A stretch of DNA of 64,000 bases. Source: Acanthaster planci (taxonomy: Eukaryota). The translations under genes and the position numbers were made by a program. The stretch covers positions 1,133,976 to 1,197,975 of the forward strand of contig NW_019091359.1 of the NCBI RefSeq assembly GCF_001949145.1, read 5' to 3'. Within the stretch, counting starts at the first letter, position 1; every line of letters starts with the position of its first letter. The notes under the pieces were generated by a model. That model saw nothing but the letters and a program-made list of their open reading frames with translations. It did not search any database and had not been told where the DNA came from. Positions 12,501 to 24,600 of this stretch are shown one piece after another.

Positions 12501-15500
12501 TGCTGTTGAAAAAGGGGAAGAAGTTTAGTATCGGTTGCCTGGTCAAATTGTAGAAACCTGTCCACTCTTTTTTCCTTTTACCAACAAAACATGTTGGCAC
12601 TTAAACAAAAACAGCTGTAAAGAGAAAGACGGAATACTGGCGTACCTGATCAAGGACTGAGAGAAGTAATATGCAATGGGTGCCGACTAAACCAAGCAAT
12701 GAAACCAACATCATAAAACAACATGTATGCGTACTTCCCAACACTAACATACTTTTGATGTTAGTCTTAATTAAGGCACAAGCAACGCTGAGTTTTAAAG
12801 GGCCAAACACAAATACAGTTGTGTTTCCTATTCCTATGGAAAAAAAAGTTGGATAGGTGGAAAAATCATCTTTAGTTCTAAATTTGCTAGCCAAAATATT
12901 GGGGTTGGGTGGTCACGGTTGTTAATTAATATTGTGCATAAAAATAAAACTCTAGGGTTGGCATCACAAGTTTTTGTTTGTTAATAATTTTTCAAATAAA
13001 AAGATACAGGTTCTACACGATTTTCGGAGTCGGGTCAGGTAACCAGAAACATAATTTTTTTGGGGGGGGCCTTATACAATTGTGATTCATGGATGTACAT
13101 GTAGTGTTGAATTGAAACTGTATGTGATTCCAAGACACATTTATTTACAAAGTACATACATGTACGTAGCTACAGCAAATGACAAACGGAATTGTTTGTG
13201 GAGGAATCACATCAAGAAGGGACTTGACTTTTGTGTCTGCCATGTCTTATAGATCTATGAGGGTACTATACCATGTCAGAAATATGACCCTCCATTTCAA
13301 ATGCCGGGGGATGGAATAGGTACCTGGTAATTGTGATGTCTGACAATTCCTCTCTCCCATTTTTTGTCTGCACTTCAGAGGGATCTGGGTAAAGTCTAAA
13401 CTCTGTCTGCAGAAAGCTTTTGGTAATTACGGGGTAGTGATACATGTACATGTAGTTGTGAAACTTCCACTACTTCAAGGACATGAAGTTACAATGGTGG
13501 GTCACAAATGTGACCAAGTACATCATAATATGGAATAAGTCTCTGAGGTCGTTTCACGTAATGGCCGAGTAAAGTGGGGATGTGGGTAAATGTTGAAAAA
13601 TTGATGTGGCGGTTTCTGTATATTTTGGAAGTTTTATGTATGAAAGGTTACCATCAATACACTTGTAATGTGTACCATTTGAAAGCTTATGAAATTCTCT
13701 TTCTGACCATGGACATATCTCAAAAAGTCACTTTGGGACTTATTCCTGATTTCGATGTACCGGGTCACAAATGTGTTCAAACATTAAAACCTGTACAAGG
13801 TCACCACTAGATCAGATGCTGCATTTCTTTCCACTTGCATTCAGCCAAAAAAACCCTTCTTTCCATTCAAATGAGGACGTCATATTTGTGACCCTAAATA
13901 TGCCAATGAAGAAGCCATTGGAGGAAAAAGCCATCAATTCTTGTGTTTTTGTTCCTTCACGGTGGAACCTTGAAAGTTAAAGGTATTGGGTTCACCTTTT
14001 CCCTTCTGCTGCCCCTTTTGTTAAGTATTTTGCTTTAAATCCACATTTCTAGACTTTAAAGGATTGAAATGGAGTAGGGGTGATTTTTCCTCAGAATTAA
14101 TAAAGTCCCTCATTCAATTAACTATATTAGAATTGTCAGAGATCTCCAACACTTCCAAGACCTAATTTCCTTGAGTTTCCTTGAGTATGACCCTCGGTAC
14201 ACTGTATGATGCCAGCTCCTTAATTTAAGTATTTACATATGTAATAAACTTCATTCAGCCAAGAACATGTATCTATTTGAGAAGCAGGCATATGAGATTC
14301 CAAGAAATTGAAACTGTCACAGCCTATTCCAAACAAAACAATGCTTATAATTTCAGAGACTGTTGCAGACATATCTTGCCTACATGCTTATAAAGTAAGG
14401 GAACAGGAAGAAATTTGACAGGTAACCATACCAATAAACTAGAGAAAAATTAATTAGAGAAAAGTTTGACCGTTTACACATGGATGTGATAGTGTACAGT
14501 GCCCCAGGTGAAATTACCGAGGAAAAATTTAGGACAGAAAGCCACAGAATTCTACGGTCTATCGGAGGGCATGAGGTCAGATGTTACATGAGGTTTGAAT
14601 CAAATAACACCAGAACTTCTTGTTATCGTCCACAGAGGAATAAAAAATCTTCCCTGTTGTTACCAGCCTGGTGCCATATAATTCTCAGGAAAGCTAAATG
14701 TACATGGATTTGGGTACACATTTTTTGTCTGAACTGAGTTCTACTCAAACCAGGACAATCTGTGGCAGGCTGGTAGTCAGCTGCTTTCAAATGTACATGT
14801 ACATGTACTTGTCAATGTATATGTCCAATGTGCTGCATGTACTGTGCATGTATATTTATTACAAGCTGTACGCGAAGTACTGTACAGACATGTACACACG
14901 GTTGAAGGAAAAATTTTTGGCAAACACGAAAAACAAACAGAGTGTACCAAAAAAACTGGGTTTTTATTTTTGAAGTAAATATCATTTTTAGTTTTCCTGA
15001 GTTTATACTCTTGAATATGTATTTCATTTCATTACTTTCAAATGCTTTTTTACAATGAATAATTTTTATTTTCACAATTTGGAAAAACATACAGTACATG
15101 TACATGATATGACAGAGAGTGAGAGCACGTCAGCAGATGTCAAGTTGCTAGAATGGTTGTGTTTTGTCCATCAACACAGCTGATATTCCCAAGAGCACTA
15201 GCTGTGTTAATAATGTTTATCATATACCAAGTCTTCAGGTGCTATAATTAGAGCTTATGACACACTGGGATTGAGGAAGAATAAATAACCTTAAAGTGGG
15301 ACACAGCTCGGCAACACATACATGTACATGGTGAGTGAACTAACCGAACAGTCCAGCCAATTATAGACATGAAGTCACGTCTATGAACCGTAAAGGCTTA
15401 CGACAAAGAAGGCAGCCTTGATTTTGGGGGAGAGGGTCCTAAATCAATACTCCCAGAAGGACAAGGGTAGACCAGAGGTTTACCCGGCCCTTGGGAAAAG

Positions 15501-18500
15501 CTTCTGAGGAAGGACCGACTAAATATTCTCCGAACCACTGACCCACTGCCAACAGGGTATGGCCTCCCACCATAAAGCATCCTGACACTTGGTCACCCTT
15601 GACTTGTTCAGCATTCTTCTCTCCCACCCTTTATGTAGGCTTACAGTTTACGACTGCCAGACTCCACAATGGCATTCAGAAGCACTGGGTCAGGAGGCTG
15701 CATTCACTGTGGGCACTTGGTCTTGTTCTTTTGAGGAATTCTCTCCCAGAGCCATGGGGAAGCCACCTTATTATTCTAGGGTTCCCTTGTCGGAGCCAGT
15801 TAACATTTTCAGGGAATGGTAAGAAATCAAAGCCCACTCACATGACTGAACCAGGGCAGTGGCCGGCAGACAAGAGGGTAACAAGCACCTGTTTTTCCTG
15901 AGGGGGAAAAAATTATGATATAAGTAGAGGGCCTGCTGTTTTGATCTAAAGTAGAATCTTTCCAAAAAAACTAAGTTTCTTTTTGCCTTTGTGAAATATT
16001 TTGCTAGATTTGAAACCTCAGGCCCTGTGATTTTTTGGACTTGTGTATTTTAGCACATTGTAGCCAAAAGTAAGTTTGCAGTAGTTTTTGTAGTTTGGAT
16101 TTCTGGAAATAATAAATAGGCCTATATCAAATGGACATGTATAATGTCCATTACAAAAGTTGTGCATGGCAATGCACCAAAGTGCAAAAATCCCAGGAAT
16201 TTCAGAAAATTCTCAGGCACTTGCCTGAAAACTGGCATCCCTGATGGCAGTTTCAAACAGAACTTTGGTCTTTGACTCTGAATAATCAATTAACATCTTT
16301 AAGAAAAATATGTCTTGAAAATTAGTGTCACTTGTACATACTCCCTGTAAGCCCAATCTGGTGTCTGTGCTATGCTCTAAGAAATGAAAGGATAAAATTT
16401 CCCTGATAGTGATGAGCCTGTCTCTCGGGGGAAAGGTCTGTTTCATCAATCACTCAGATATGAGGAATGGATGGACAACTTGCCTGGCCGTTGATTTCAT
16501 TGTAGAGAGTGATGGTGGTGGGCTCCTTGATGGGCAGGCTTCGGATGAAGGGCTCCAGATGGACAAACCGTCTGTCTGTCAGGAGAAACTCGCGTGTGAC
16601 TTCGGAGCAGTAGAGCTTGATGTGTTTGCTGGGAAGGAATCGCATAAATGTGTGAGATTTGAAGTATTGCCAATTATATCTGTTGCTATGATCGACATAA
16701 TGTGAACAGGCAAACAAGTGGTGCATTTGGCAAAGGTATACCATGCAAGCTGAAGCTGATTTGTCGAAGTCTTTGTTTGCTTTTCAAAAAGAAAGTAGGT
16801 TCAGAGACAAATGAAATTAAAAGGTATCTTAATGTCTGAACAAAATAACTACATGTATCTCCTTTGTACCTTAAAGGAGAGGGGGAAAAATAAAATAGGG
16901 GAATGGGAGAAGTCACTCATCATAGCATCGTGGCAAAAAACCTGCACCTAACACATAGAGTGTACAGTGCTCGGATTTGGCTGCATGAGGATTCAAGTTT
17001 CAAATAGTCAGATGCACTGTATACTTGTTTGTGTTGTTCAGGAGAGCGGAACAGCCCCTAGACCAGCAGGCTGAGCATGCCACACTCATTATGCATCTCG
17101 TCTCTTTTACGCTCTGGCCTTACAAACGATGTGCTTGACACGCAATGCTGCACAGCAACCTGGCAGTGGCCTATGGCTGCATTTTGAAGATTTCCACATT
17201 TAAAAAAATTTGTAGGCCTGAGAAAAACTTGCACTGGTAAAAAGGATTTCATTTTCTCTCAGAAAATACATGGAGAGACTGAATATGTTGGTGGCTCTCT
17301 TTTTGGGAAAGAGGGGAGGGGAGAGTACAGTTCCATTTGTACATGTGTGTACGTTATATTGCATACAAAAATAACTGAGAAACTTTTATGTCGGGGATGC
17401 ACTAGATATTCAACTGGCAGTGTCAATAGATTCTGTCTCGATTGGTTACTATCTTTTTTTTTTCATTTGCGTTGAGTGTGTGCTTTATATTTACTAGCTA
17501 CATAAGGTTCATGCTGCTAATTTCTGGTCCGATGTGTGACAGTTTTCTGTCCCAGTCACATCTGATGTGTAATTTGACCAAACACGTATCACTGAAACTA
17601 ACTTCAAACTAATCTTCAATTGTTTGGCAGGTTATTTGCAATTTTTAATCACTCTTAAAACTTTAAAAATATTCTAAAGTAACTTACAAAATCATGAGGG
17701 GTGTAACAAGGACAGGACTACATGGGACCCCAAATGTACATAAAGAATGACCCCTAATGCATCACCAGCCACAGCTATGGTAGTTTAACAGTTAACACCA
17801 AATCTCCAATTACCAGACAGCCAAATTTCATGCTCTCATCCACACAACACAAGTTCGATATCACACATGAGCCATTTCCACACATACCCAAGGACAGACA
17901 ATCCCCTAGTTTCCCCTCGGGGGAAACACCGACCTTTCTCTATAGAATACCCTGGATTTCACGGACAGCTTTGATAAGCCACAGATGAGCCACTGATTGA
18001 GGATACTATCAGAAAATTCAGCATCTAGTTTCAGTTATGTCAATTGTAATAGGATGTAAAACAAACACAGAAAACTAAACCAACATTTGCATGGCTTGAA
18101 AACTCCAGCCTTGGCAGGGTTTTAAGCACGTAGCGGTTAATACCTAAAACAAAATATAAACATGTACATGTTTTTAAATCCAAACTATAAAAACTGACTG
18201 CTAAAGCTTGTGCCGCCACAAAATTCCACAGCCCTCAGTTTCATGCTATGCTTGTACATGTACATGTATGGTACATGTGTAAAGCAAAAAGGAATTCATA
18301 TGTTCAAATTCAAACCTTAAAACTTCATCAAAATCTGCAAATAGTAGCACACTTTTGACTGAACAAATTCTGTAAAAAGTGACTTTTGTGGAAAGAGGCA
18401 CAAAACTGTCATAGCGGTGTGATAATACAGTCAGAAAGCCTGCTGTGTTCCAGTTTTTGCCATTTATGAACATATACAAATGAAATATGCGCTATATAAG

Positions 18501-21500
18501 TGTAATTATTATTAATTATTATTATTATTTATGACCAACTGGACTAAGACAAAAGGTAGGCCTATAAACAATGCTACTTGAGCATCCTGCATTATTAAAG
18601 GACTGGAATCTTTGATGGAATTTGACAGCTTAAATGACATAGTTTACAGAAACTGCTGGCCAAATTTTAAATGCAGTTATGCAACAGACTGCATGTACAT
18701 TTATACTACTCAATATTGCACAGACTTAGCATTGTTGGACACGTAGCAGTACATAGGGCGTCACTGGAACTGCTACTAACGGGAAAATTTATAGAGAAAA
18801 GGAGGGTTGCACAACTTTCAAAGCAACATTTATTTCAAAATGGCTTACAATTAAAAAGGCCAAGAGACAGCTAGAAGAGCTCTGTAAAAATGTGAAACTA
18901 GGAAAAATGACAGGCATCAAGTATTCATTTATGTACATAAGTGTGCAACAAGCAAATAATGAAGAACAAAACAAAAACTACTGAACAAAATGCCAACAAG
19001 CAGAAGTTTTTGAGAATCTGAATTCATATTCTTGATCGAGGAATGACATGTACCAGCATCTGATCAGGATACACACATACAACAGCCAGTCTGCTCCAGC
19101 AATCAGTTCATTTTGGAATGAAGCTACCACCATACCAACTAACTTGCCACATTGTCATAAACCTACATGTATGTACTGCATTTCCTGGCGCAGAGATCTG
19201 TCGGATGGATTACATGGCGCTATACACGAGGGTGATTAATGTTTACCTGGCCCTTGCTTGAGTACCACACATAACCTTTAACTTCTACGCTACATAATTG
19301 CAGGGGTGAGATAGACGCTGTTCCTCTTGTGAAAAACATTCTCTCCTTGGGGAGAAAAATCTGGAAATACAGCATCCCGATCCCCATGGTGGCACAGGCT
19401 GTGCAGGTGCAGGTCCTGAAGTGGAGTGCCACAACAGTTTGCACATTTATGGGGGAAATTGAACTGTTATGACATCCTAAGGTGTTACGTTGTTATGCTA
19501 TCAACAATTTGAATTTTGCAATAAATATTACACAATTGTACTTTATTAGTTTGGATGGCACAATTTTGAGAATGAAAATGGGTAAATTTTTCCATGAAAA
19601 TATTCTTTTTAATATGGACTGATTTTTATATCAGCTCATGCTTTTATTGTTCTGTTTGCAATAAATTTTCCCATGAAGACGTAAGATTTTCTTTCAGGTA
19701 CATGCTCATGTATAACCTGTTACAAAGTAAATTCAATTCTGTATTCCACTTCTGAGGACTAACAGTCCTGTTGTCTTGCATTTCACTTTCTTTTTATCCA
19801 CTTGTTTAGATTTGTTGGAGTAGAAAAAAAACCCTGATATTTAAATGTACTTGCAATTTACCAAACCTTTCAAATCCAATGCACCACACACATGCACAGA
19901 GCATCTACATGGTTTTTGAACGCTAAGATTTACAAAGATTTTGAGCAAGCCTACTGGTATGTGTGACCGGCTCTCCAAAACGGTGTATTATGTCACATAT
20001 ACAATCAAATTGCTTGCAGCCAAAGCTTCCATTTGATATCTAATTCTTCCCAGTGGCATTCTGCGTTTTGGAGTTATTTGCCATTTGCATATAATTTCAT
20101 TTTTATCACAGGTGCTTTTGGAGATAAACATTAAACATAACAGAAATGTTAAACTTAAATTAGACACTCTCTTGGTTTCCCTTAGCAACAGAGGCTTCGT
20201 GGTCAGGCAATTGGCCTCAAAATATTTATAATATATTTCACCCTGGCACATGGCATGGGCCATTACGCATTTATGCATTGCTTAATATACCTTTTTGCTA
20301 TACATATGCTGTACATGTACTTTGCCTTCTATACCTATCGGTACGTTTATGTATGCCCAAGTATACTCGGTAGAATACAGTGGCATGATATTGGAACACA
20401 TGTTGGAATGAAATTTGCTACATGTATGTACAACAATTACATGCGTACGGTCACCTCCCAAGTGATCCCAAAAATTTAGGCTGCATTTGGAGGCATTGAA
20501 ACATTCAGGAGGTGGGGGCAAAAAAAATGGCTCTGAAAAAGGTGTACATATACACGTAGCTGTCATCGGTTGGCGCATGGTCTGGAAGCTGTGAGATTCA
20601 TTGGCAACTGGGATGGGTGACTGGGGCTTGCGTATTTGTTAAGTTTGACAGAAAGATGAGAAATGGCAGTGCAGGATGAGTCAGCCCTGGGACTGGGTCC
20701 GGCGCAGGTGTGGATTGATGTCGGGAGCCCTGGATGATTTTTTTTTTCAAAAATGGGCTTCCTCGCTGACTGTGGCTTAAACCTTCACTTTTGTAGATTT
20801 TTTTCCCCCCTCAAAAGTTAATACCCTCAAAGGTTGGTACGGTTCAAATCTGCTACAGGAGGACTGAAGTTGTCTGACAAATAACCTGGAAGCTGGGGAT
20901 GAAACCTGGATTTGAAAAAAAGTAGTCCTGGTTGGGTGTTTCATCATCTTTGGTCGTCTGCATTGCTGGCGGCAACTGATGATGATTATGGTAGTAGTGT
21001 TGATGAGCATAATGCTGGTGCTTAATTGGTTTGGTATTTACCATGAATTCATAATGAGGGCAGCTGGAAATGATATCAAAAAGACCTTTCCCACGTTAAG
21101 GGAACAATTTCTTTTATGAAATCGAGAGCGGGTTTGTCCCCAAACCTTTTGCTTTCTGTAATGTCCAAATATATTTTCAGGAAGCGTGTCTTTCCCATAA
21201 CCTAGAAACAAGTACATGTATGTGTGTAAATGTACATGTACATACTGGTATGTGTATATGCTAATCTGTGCGAGGAATCTTAAAGGAACCAGAAAATAGA
21301 AATATTTTATAAATTCTACTAAAAACCCGTGAAATTGAATCTTTGGGTTTCAATTAACCTCATTTTAAATTTTTGTTGTGCAATTTTATCCCATATTTTG
21401 ATTTTTTTTGGTTTTATGCTAATGATTTGCATATTCATGAGCACAACAATGATGTCATCCAAGGCACTGAATCTCAATGTTGCATTGATTTGTACACAGA

Positions 21501-23993
21501 AAATTTCTAGATTTTTTAACCACTGCTCCGGCAGATTTTATTTTCTTTGGAAATTTATTGCTGTGTAAGTATATGGCAATAATCCAGCAAAAATCCTTTT
21601 CACATTAATGTTCCCAGATAGCAAATTTGGGGTTCACAATTTGAACATGAAAACATGCAACCTGAACCATATCTTCCTGGATTTACATCAAAGCAAAAGG
21701 GCCCTCACTTGTCCAGAAATGCGTGGCCAATTTTTTATGTATGAAAAAGTGCACCGTTTGGTTCACGTAACTCAAAAAAGATGTCAAACAGTCTTCATAC
21801 ATGGAAGAAGAGTACAGAGACACACAAAAAAAGATTCTAAGAAAAATTCATTTCCTGGTTCCTTTAAGCTTAGTTGGGTCTTCATTAAAAAAACCAACCC
21901 TGACCAGGTACCTTCCCAAATCCTCCAAAATCTACCAATGTACGGAAAACCAAGGAAGCATACTTCTTTACTGAACATGCATGAACATCAACGCCATGAG
22001 AATGAGATACGAGTACCGTCTGGCTGATCCTGCCTCAATCCTAAAATATTCTGCAACCCAACTGGTGGTTTGGATGGATTTGAAAAGAATTGAAGAACTA
22101 AATTGACGCTTATGAGAAATGCACGGTTTTCCTAAAATGAACTAAAACTTCCCGAGTTTTCAGTTTCAGCTGGAGACCGTGGTCTTCCTCAAGGGAGGTA
22201 AACATCATTTATCAGTATAAAGAAGTTAGGCACTCTCCAAGAGTTTTTCATTTACAAAGTACAAGTAAAAATTTAACATTAGGGAGCATTTCATAATTCG
22301 GAACAGTTGGAACGTTCCAATTGGAAAGCTGTGTTCTCATTCCAGAATGGTGGGCTGTTCCATTGGGAACAGTCGCGTTCCACATGGAACACTGTGTTCC
22401 TTTGCGAGAACAGTCCGAAGGGAACATTTGTTCCCGTCGGCATGTCCTCATTCGGGTAGCTTCATATCGCCCGTGTACAAATCTTAGCGCAATGTCCAAA
22501 AACAGAGCCTGCCATGACAAACGAGCATAGGTACATGTAAACTACTTTGCTTTTATGATAGGCCTAATTTTGAATAAGAATTGGAAGTAAATGATGATGG
22601 AAATACGGAAAAGAAAAATTGGAGAAAAGTTAACCTTCATGAGGAGTAAGTCAAAAGATGCTGCGCCCCAGCTGCCGCGCTTCAGACACAGGGTCTTGAA
22701 AATGCATGCCCGAAATCTTTCTTCCCGATTGCAAATGCAACAAAATGTAATGTAATACAAATGACTTGTAAGTGAACTGGTTATCACCTCACCTTGAGTG
22801 AAGTCTCTGGTAAAACTGATTTGAGTCAAGACCAACCATATGATCTGTTGAAAGAAGAGAATGGAATTTACATCATGAGTCTTAATGATCAACATCCCTA
22901 GAGTCTACAAATGAAACGAACATTAATCGATCATTTACCTGTATAAAATTTACAGCTTCCTTGTTAAAACAACATTTAGCATGCACTATTTATGTACATG
23001 CATTCCTGATCGAAATGGTAATTGAGCTAAACTAGTGAGCTTTTCTGCATTTAACATAACCATTTAAAAACTCCAACACAGGGCAAAACACCTCCAAAAT
23101 GAAACAACTCCAAGGTAAAAGATGAAGAGTGATATTTTCAGTAACCCTACATGAAAACCATGGCAAAAAGATGATTGTTACTTGCCAAATAAGATAAAGA
23201 ACAGCATAAGTAACATGTCTTTCCTTGTTGGATGCTACGTTATACCCAGCGTCGTTTTCTTACTATGTCTTATCAAGACTTCAGCAACTACAAGTGCACG
23301 TATGTGACACAATTAACATGAAAGCAGTGGAGATGACCAGAGTGGTTCTAGGGACACTACGGAGCAGTTATGGAAACAGGTCATCTTGTACCTTAACAAA
23401 TTTATGACTGGATGGATAAACACAGCTCTGAACAAAAATTCTAACAGATTTAAGGATTAATTTTAAGAAAAATGGCTACAGAGACAAATGATGATTATGC
23501 TCATTGGAACAAAGAGATTCTGATAAATTGTCCAAGTGTATTTTTTTTTCTTGTTGAAAAGTCCTAGTTGACAGGTTAACTTCTTTTAACAGTTTGAGTT
23601 TGATTACATCACCAATGCTATATGTCCTGTTCATGGCGTGCAGTTGGTGCATTACACATGAGATCCTACAGCCTAGAGGACATGCTCTTGGCTTGTAGAT
23701 TCATCAGGCCTATGCCTACATGTACATTTACTACAAAATCAACATGCGGCATGAAGCCCATCCTGTAACCCTAACACTCCTCAGTCCTCCAACAGCAACA
23801 GGTGAAGGATTGAGGAGTGTTAGGGTTCCTCTAACAATGCCAGTCAATGATACAAACAAGTTTTTCAAGTCCCAGGCCTACCTGCATGTGCATGGGACAA
23901 GAAATAGGCTCTTGCTCTGAGAACCGCACGACCCAGAAATCTGTCGATTGCAATATGCTGGTATTCTACCATCAACCCTCCAAATGTACTCAT
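3540..23993 (-). CDS. DCLRE1C: Artemis (DNA cross-link repair 1C / SNM1C), metallo-beta-lactamase/beta-CASP nuclease; 13 coding exons, 3'-partial
   Basis: Phase-compatible exons (- strand): 23882-23993, 22793-22844, 16484-16628, 15842-15897, 11880-11981, 10830-10902, 8251-8288, 7259-7361, 6221-6328, 5974-6065, 5442-5496, 4887-4975, 3540-3655 (1141 nt). All introns are GT-AG except one GC-AG. The translation shows Artemis hallmarks in the order I recall for human Artemis: [37 protein letters not shown] (HxHxDH), [91 protein letters not shown]. Confidence 0.96.
4342..4727. mobile_element. Non-autonomous hAT-like MITE in an Artemis intron
   Basis: About 30-bp imperfect TIRs CAGTGTTGTAGTCGAGTACTTT.../...AAAGTACTCGACTACATCACTG. 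The 8-bp flanks CATGTAGG/CATGTAGA match 7/8 (hAT-size TSD). An internal palindromic GTACTCGG/CCGAGTAC array lies at about 4520-4565. Confidence 0.75.
7498..7796. mobile_element. Probable degenerate hAT-like MITE
   Basis: Termini CAGGGTTCCCAG ... CTGGGGACCCTA with internal TTTTCC-rich subrepeats; no TSD seen. Confidence 0.4.
9848..10332. mobile_element. Non-autonomous hAT-like element (TAGGG...CCCTA)
   Basis: TAGGG/CCCTA termini, subterminal CGAATATTC-type repeats, and a perfect 8-bp TSD ATTTCCCC at 9840-9847 and 10333-10340. Confidence 0.85.
10389..10590. repeat. Tandem duplication, 2 x 101 bp
   Basis: CATGAAGGTATCACCGTG...CTCCCAACATAC at 10389-10489 and 10490-10590, with one visible mismatch. 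Confidence 0.95.
13506..13772. mobile_element. TGTGAC-terminated MITE-like element
   Basis: Imperfect inverted termini TGTGACCAAGTACATCATAATATGGAATAAGTC ... GACTTATTCCTGATTTCGATGTACCGGGTCACA. Confidence 0.6.
21284..21863. mobile_element. TTAA-specific non-autonomous DNA transposon (Kolobok/piggyBac-type MITE)
   Basis: TTAA|AGGAACCAGAAAAT ... ATTTCCTGGTTCCT|TTAA: 14-bp TIR with 1 mismatch, flanked by TTAA on both sides. Confidence 0.75.
23767..23827. repeat. Short near-perfect inverted repeat (hairpin) in Artemis intron 1
   Basis: AACCCTAACACTCCTCAGTCCT - 17-nt loop - AGGATTGAGGAGTGTTAGGGTT, with one G/T pair. Confidence 0.85.
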
Positions 23994-24499
23994 TTTGCAG
24001 AGATTAATGCTCCGTCATGTCCATGAAGTTGTGAAGAAAACGCTGACGTGTACCGCTACAACTGGACTACCCCCACCACTCTGCACCAGATTATGCGTCT
24101 TGCCGTCTCTGTGTAAAACTCGACTGATGACTGTGGCGATATTTTGAAGACTAGTAACAGCGAGAGACAGACTTTGTCAAAAGTCACCATCAGTTGAGTC
24201 ATGTCAGCCAGATGCCAGTCAGTGCCAACCAACGACGCCTGATGAACATACAACGTGTGCAACATCATGACATGACATTGCCATTGGCCATTATGTTGTT
24301 GGTCAATGTGAAACACGCACGCATGTCATCGTCATGGTCATCATGGTCATTGAGAAAGTTAGGCATATTAGGCCTAGGCTACACATGTACTTTTGAAATC
24401 AGTGAATGCCGACAAGTGAAATCAGTTGAAGAATCAATAGCAGAACCACAAATCAAGAAACTGAAATTCGTTGATAAATTAATTCGTTGAGTGTTTCAA

Positions 24500-24600
24500 A
24501 AATGTGAAACTCCCCTCCTTCCTCCATGCTTTCATGGACAGCGCCATTTTAAATACTAGGTGAGAATAACCAAATGAGGGCGCCTTTTTAACGAGCGATT
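24500..24600 (-). promoter_or_regulatory. Candidate Artemis core promoter/5' region (YY1-like AAAATGGCGC)
   Basis: GCGCCATTTT at 24541-24550, about 550 bp upstream of the Artemis ATG, near where the sequence becomes visibly CpG-richer. Motif match only. Confidence 0.35.

Noticed and set aside
24525..24548. REST/RE1-like half-site GGACAGCGCC (and AGCACCGTGGTCAG at about 1957)
   Set aside because: Only partial matches to the 21-bp consensus; cannot be distinguished from chance.
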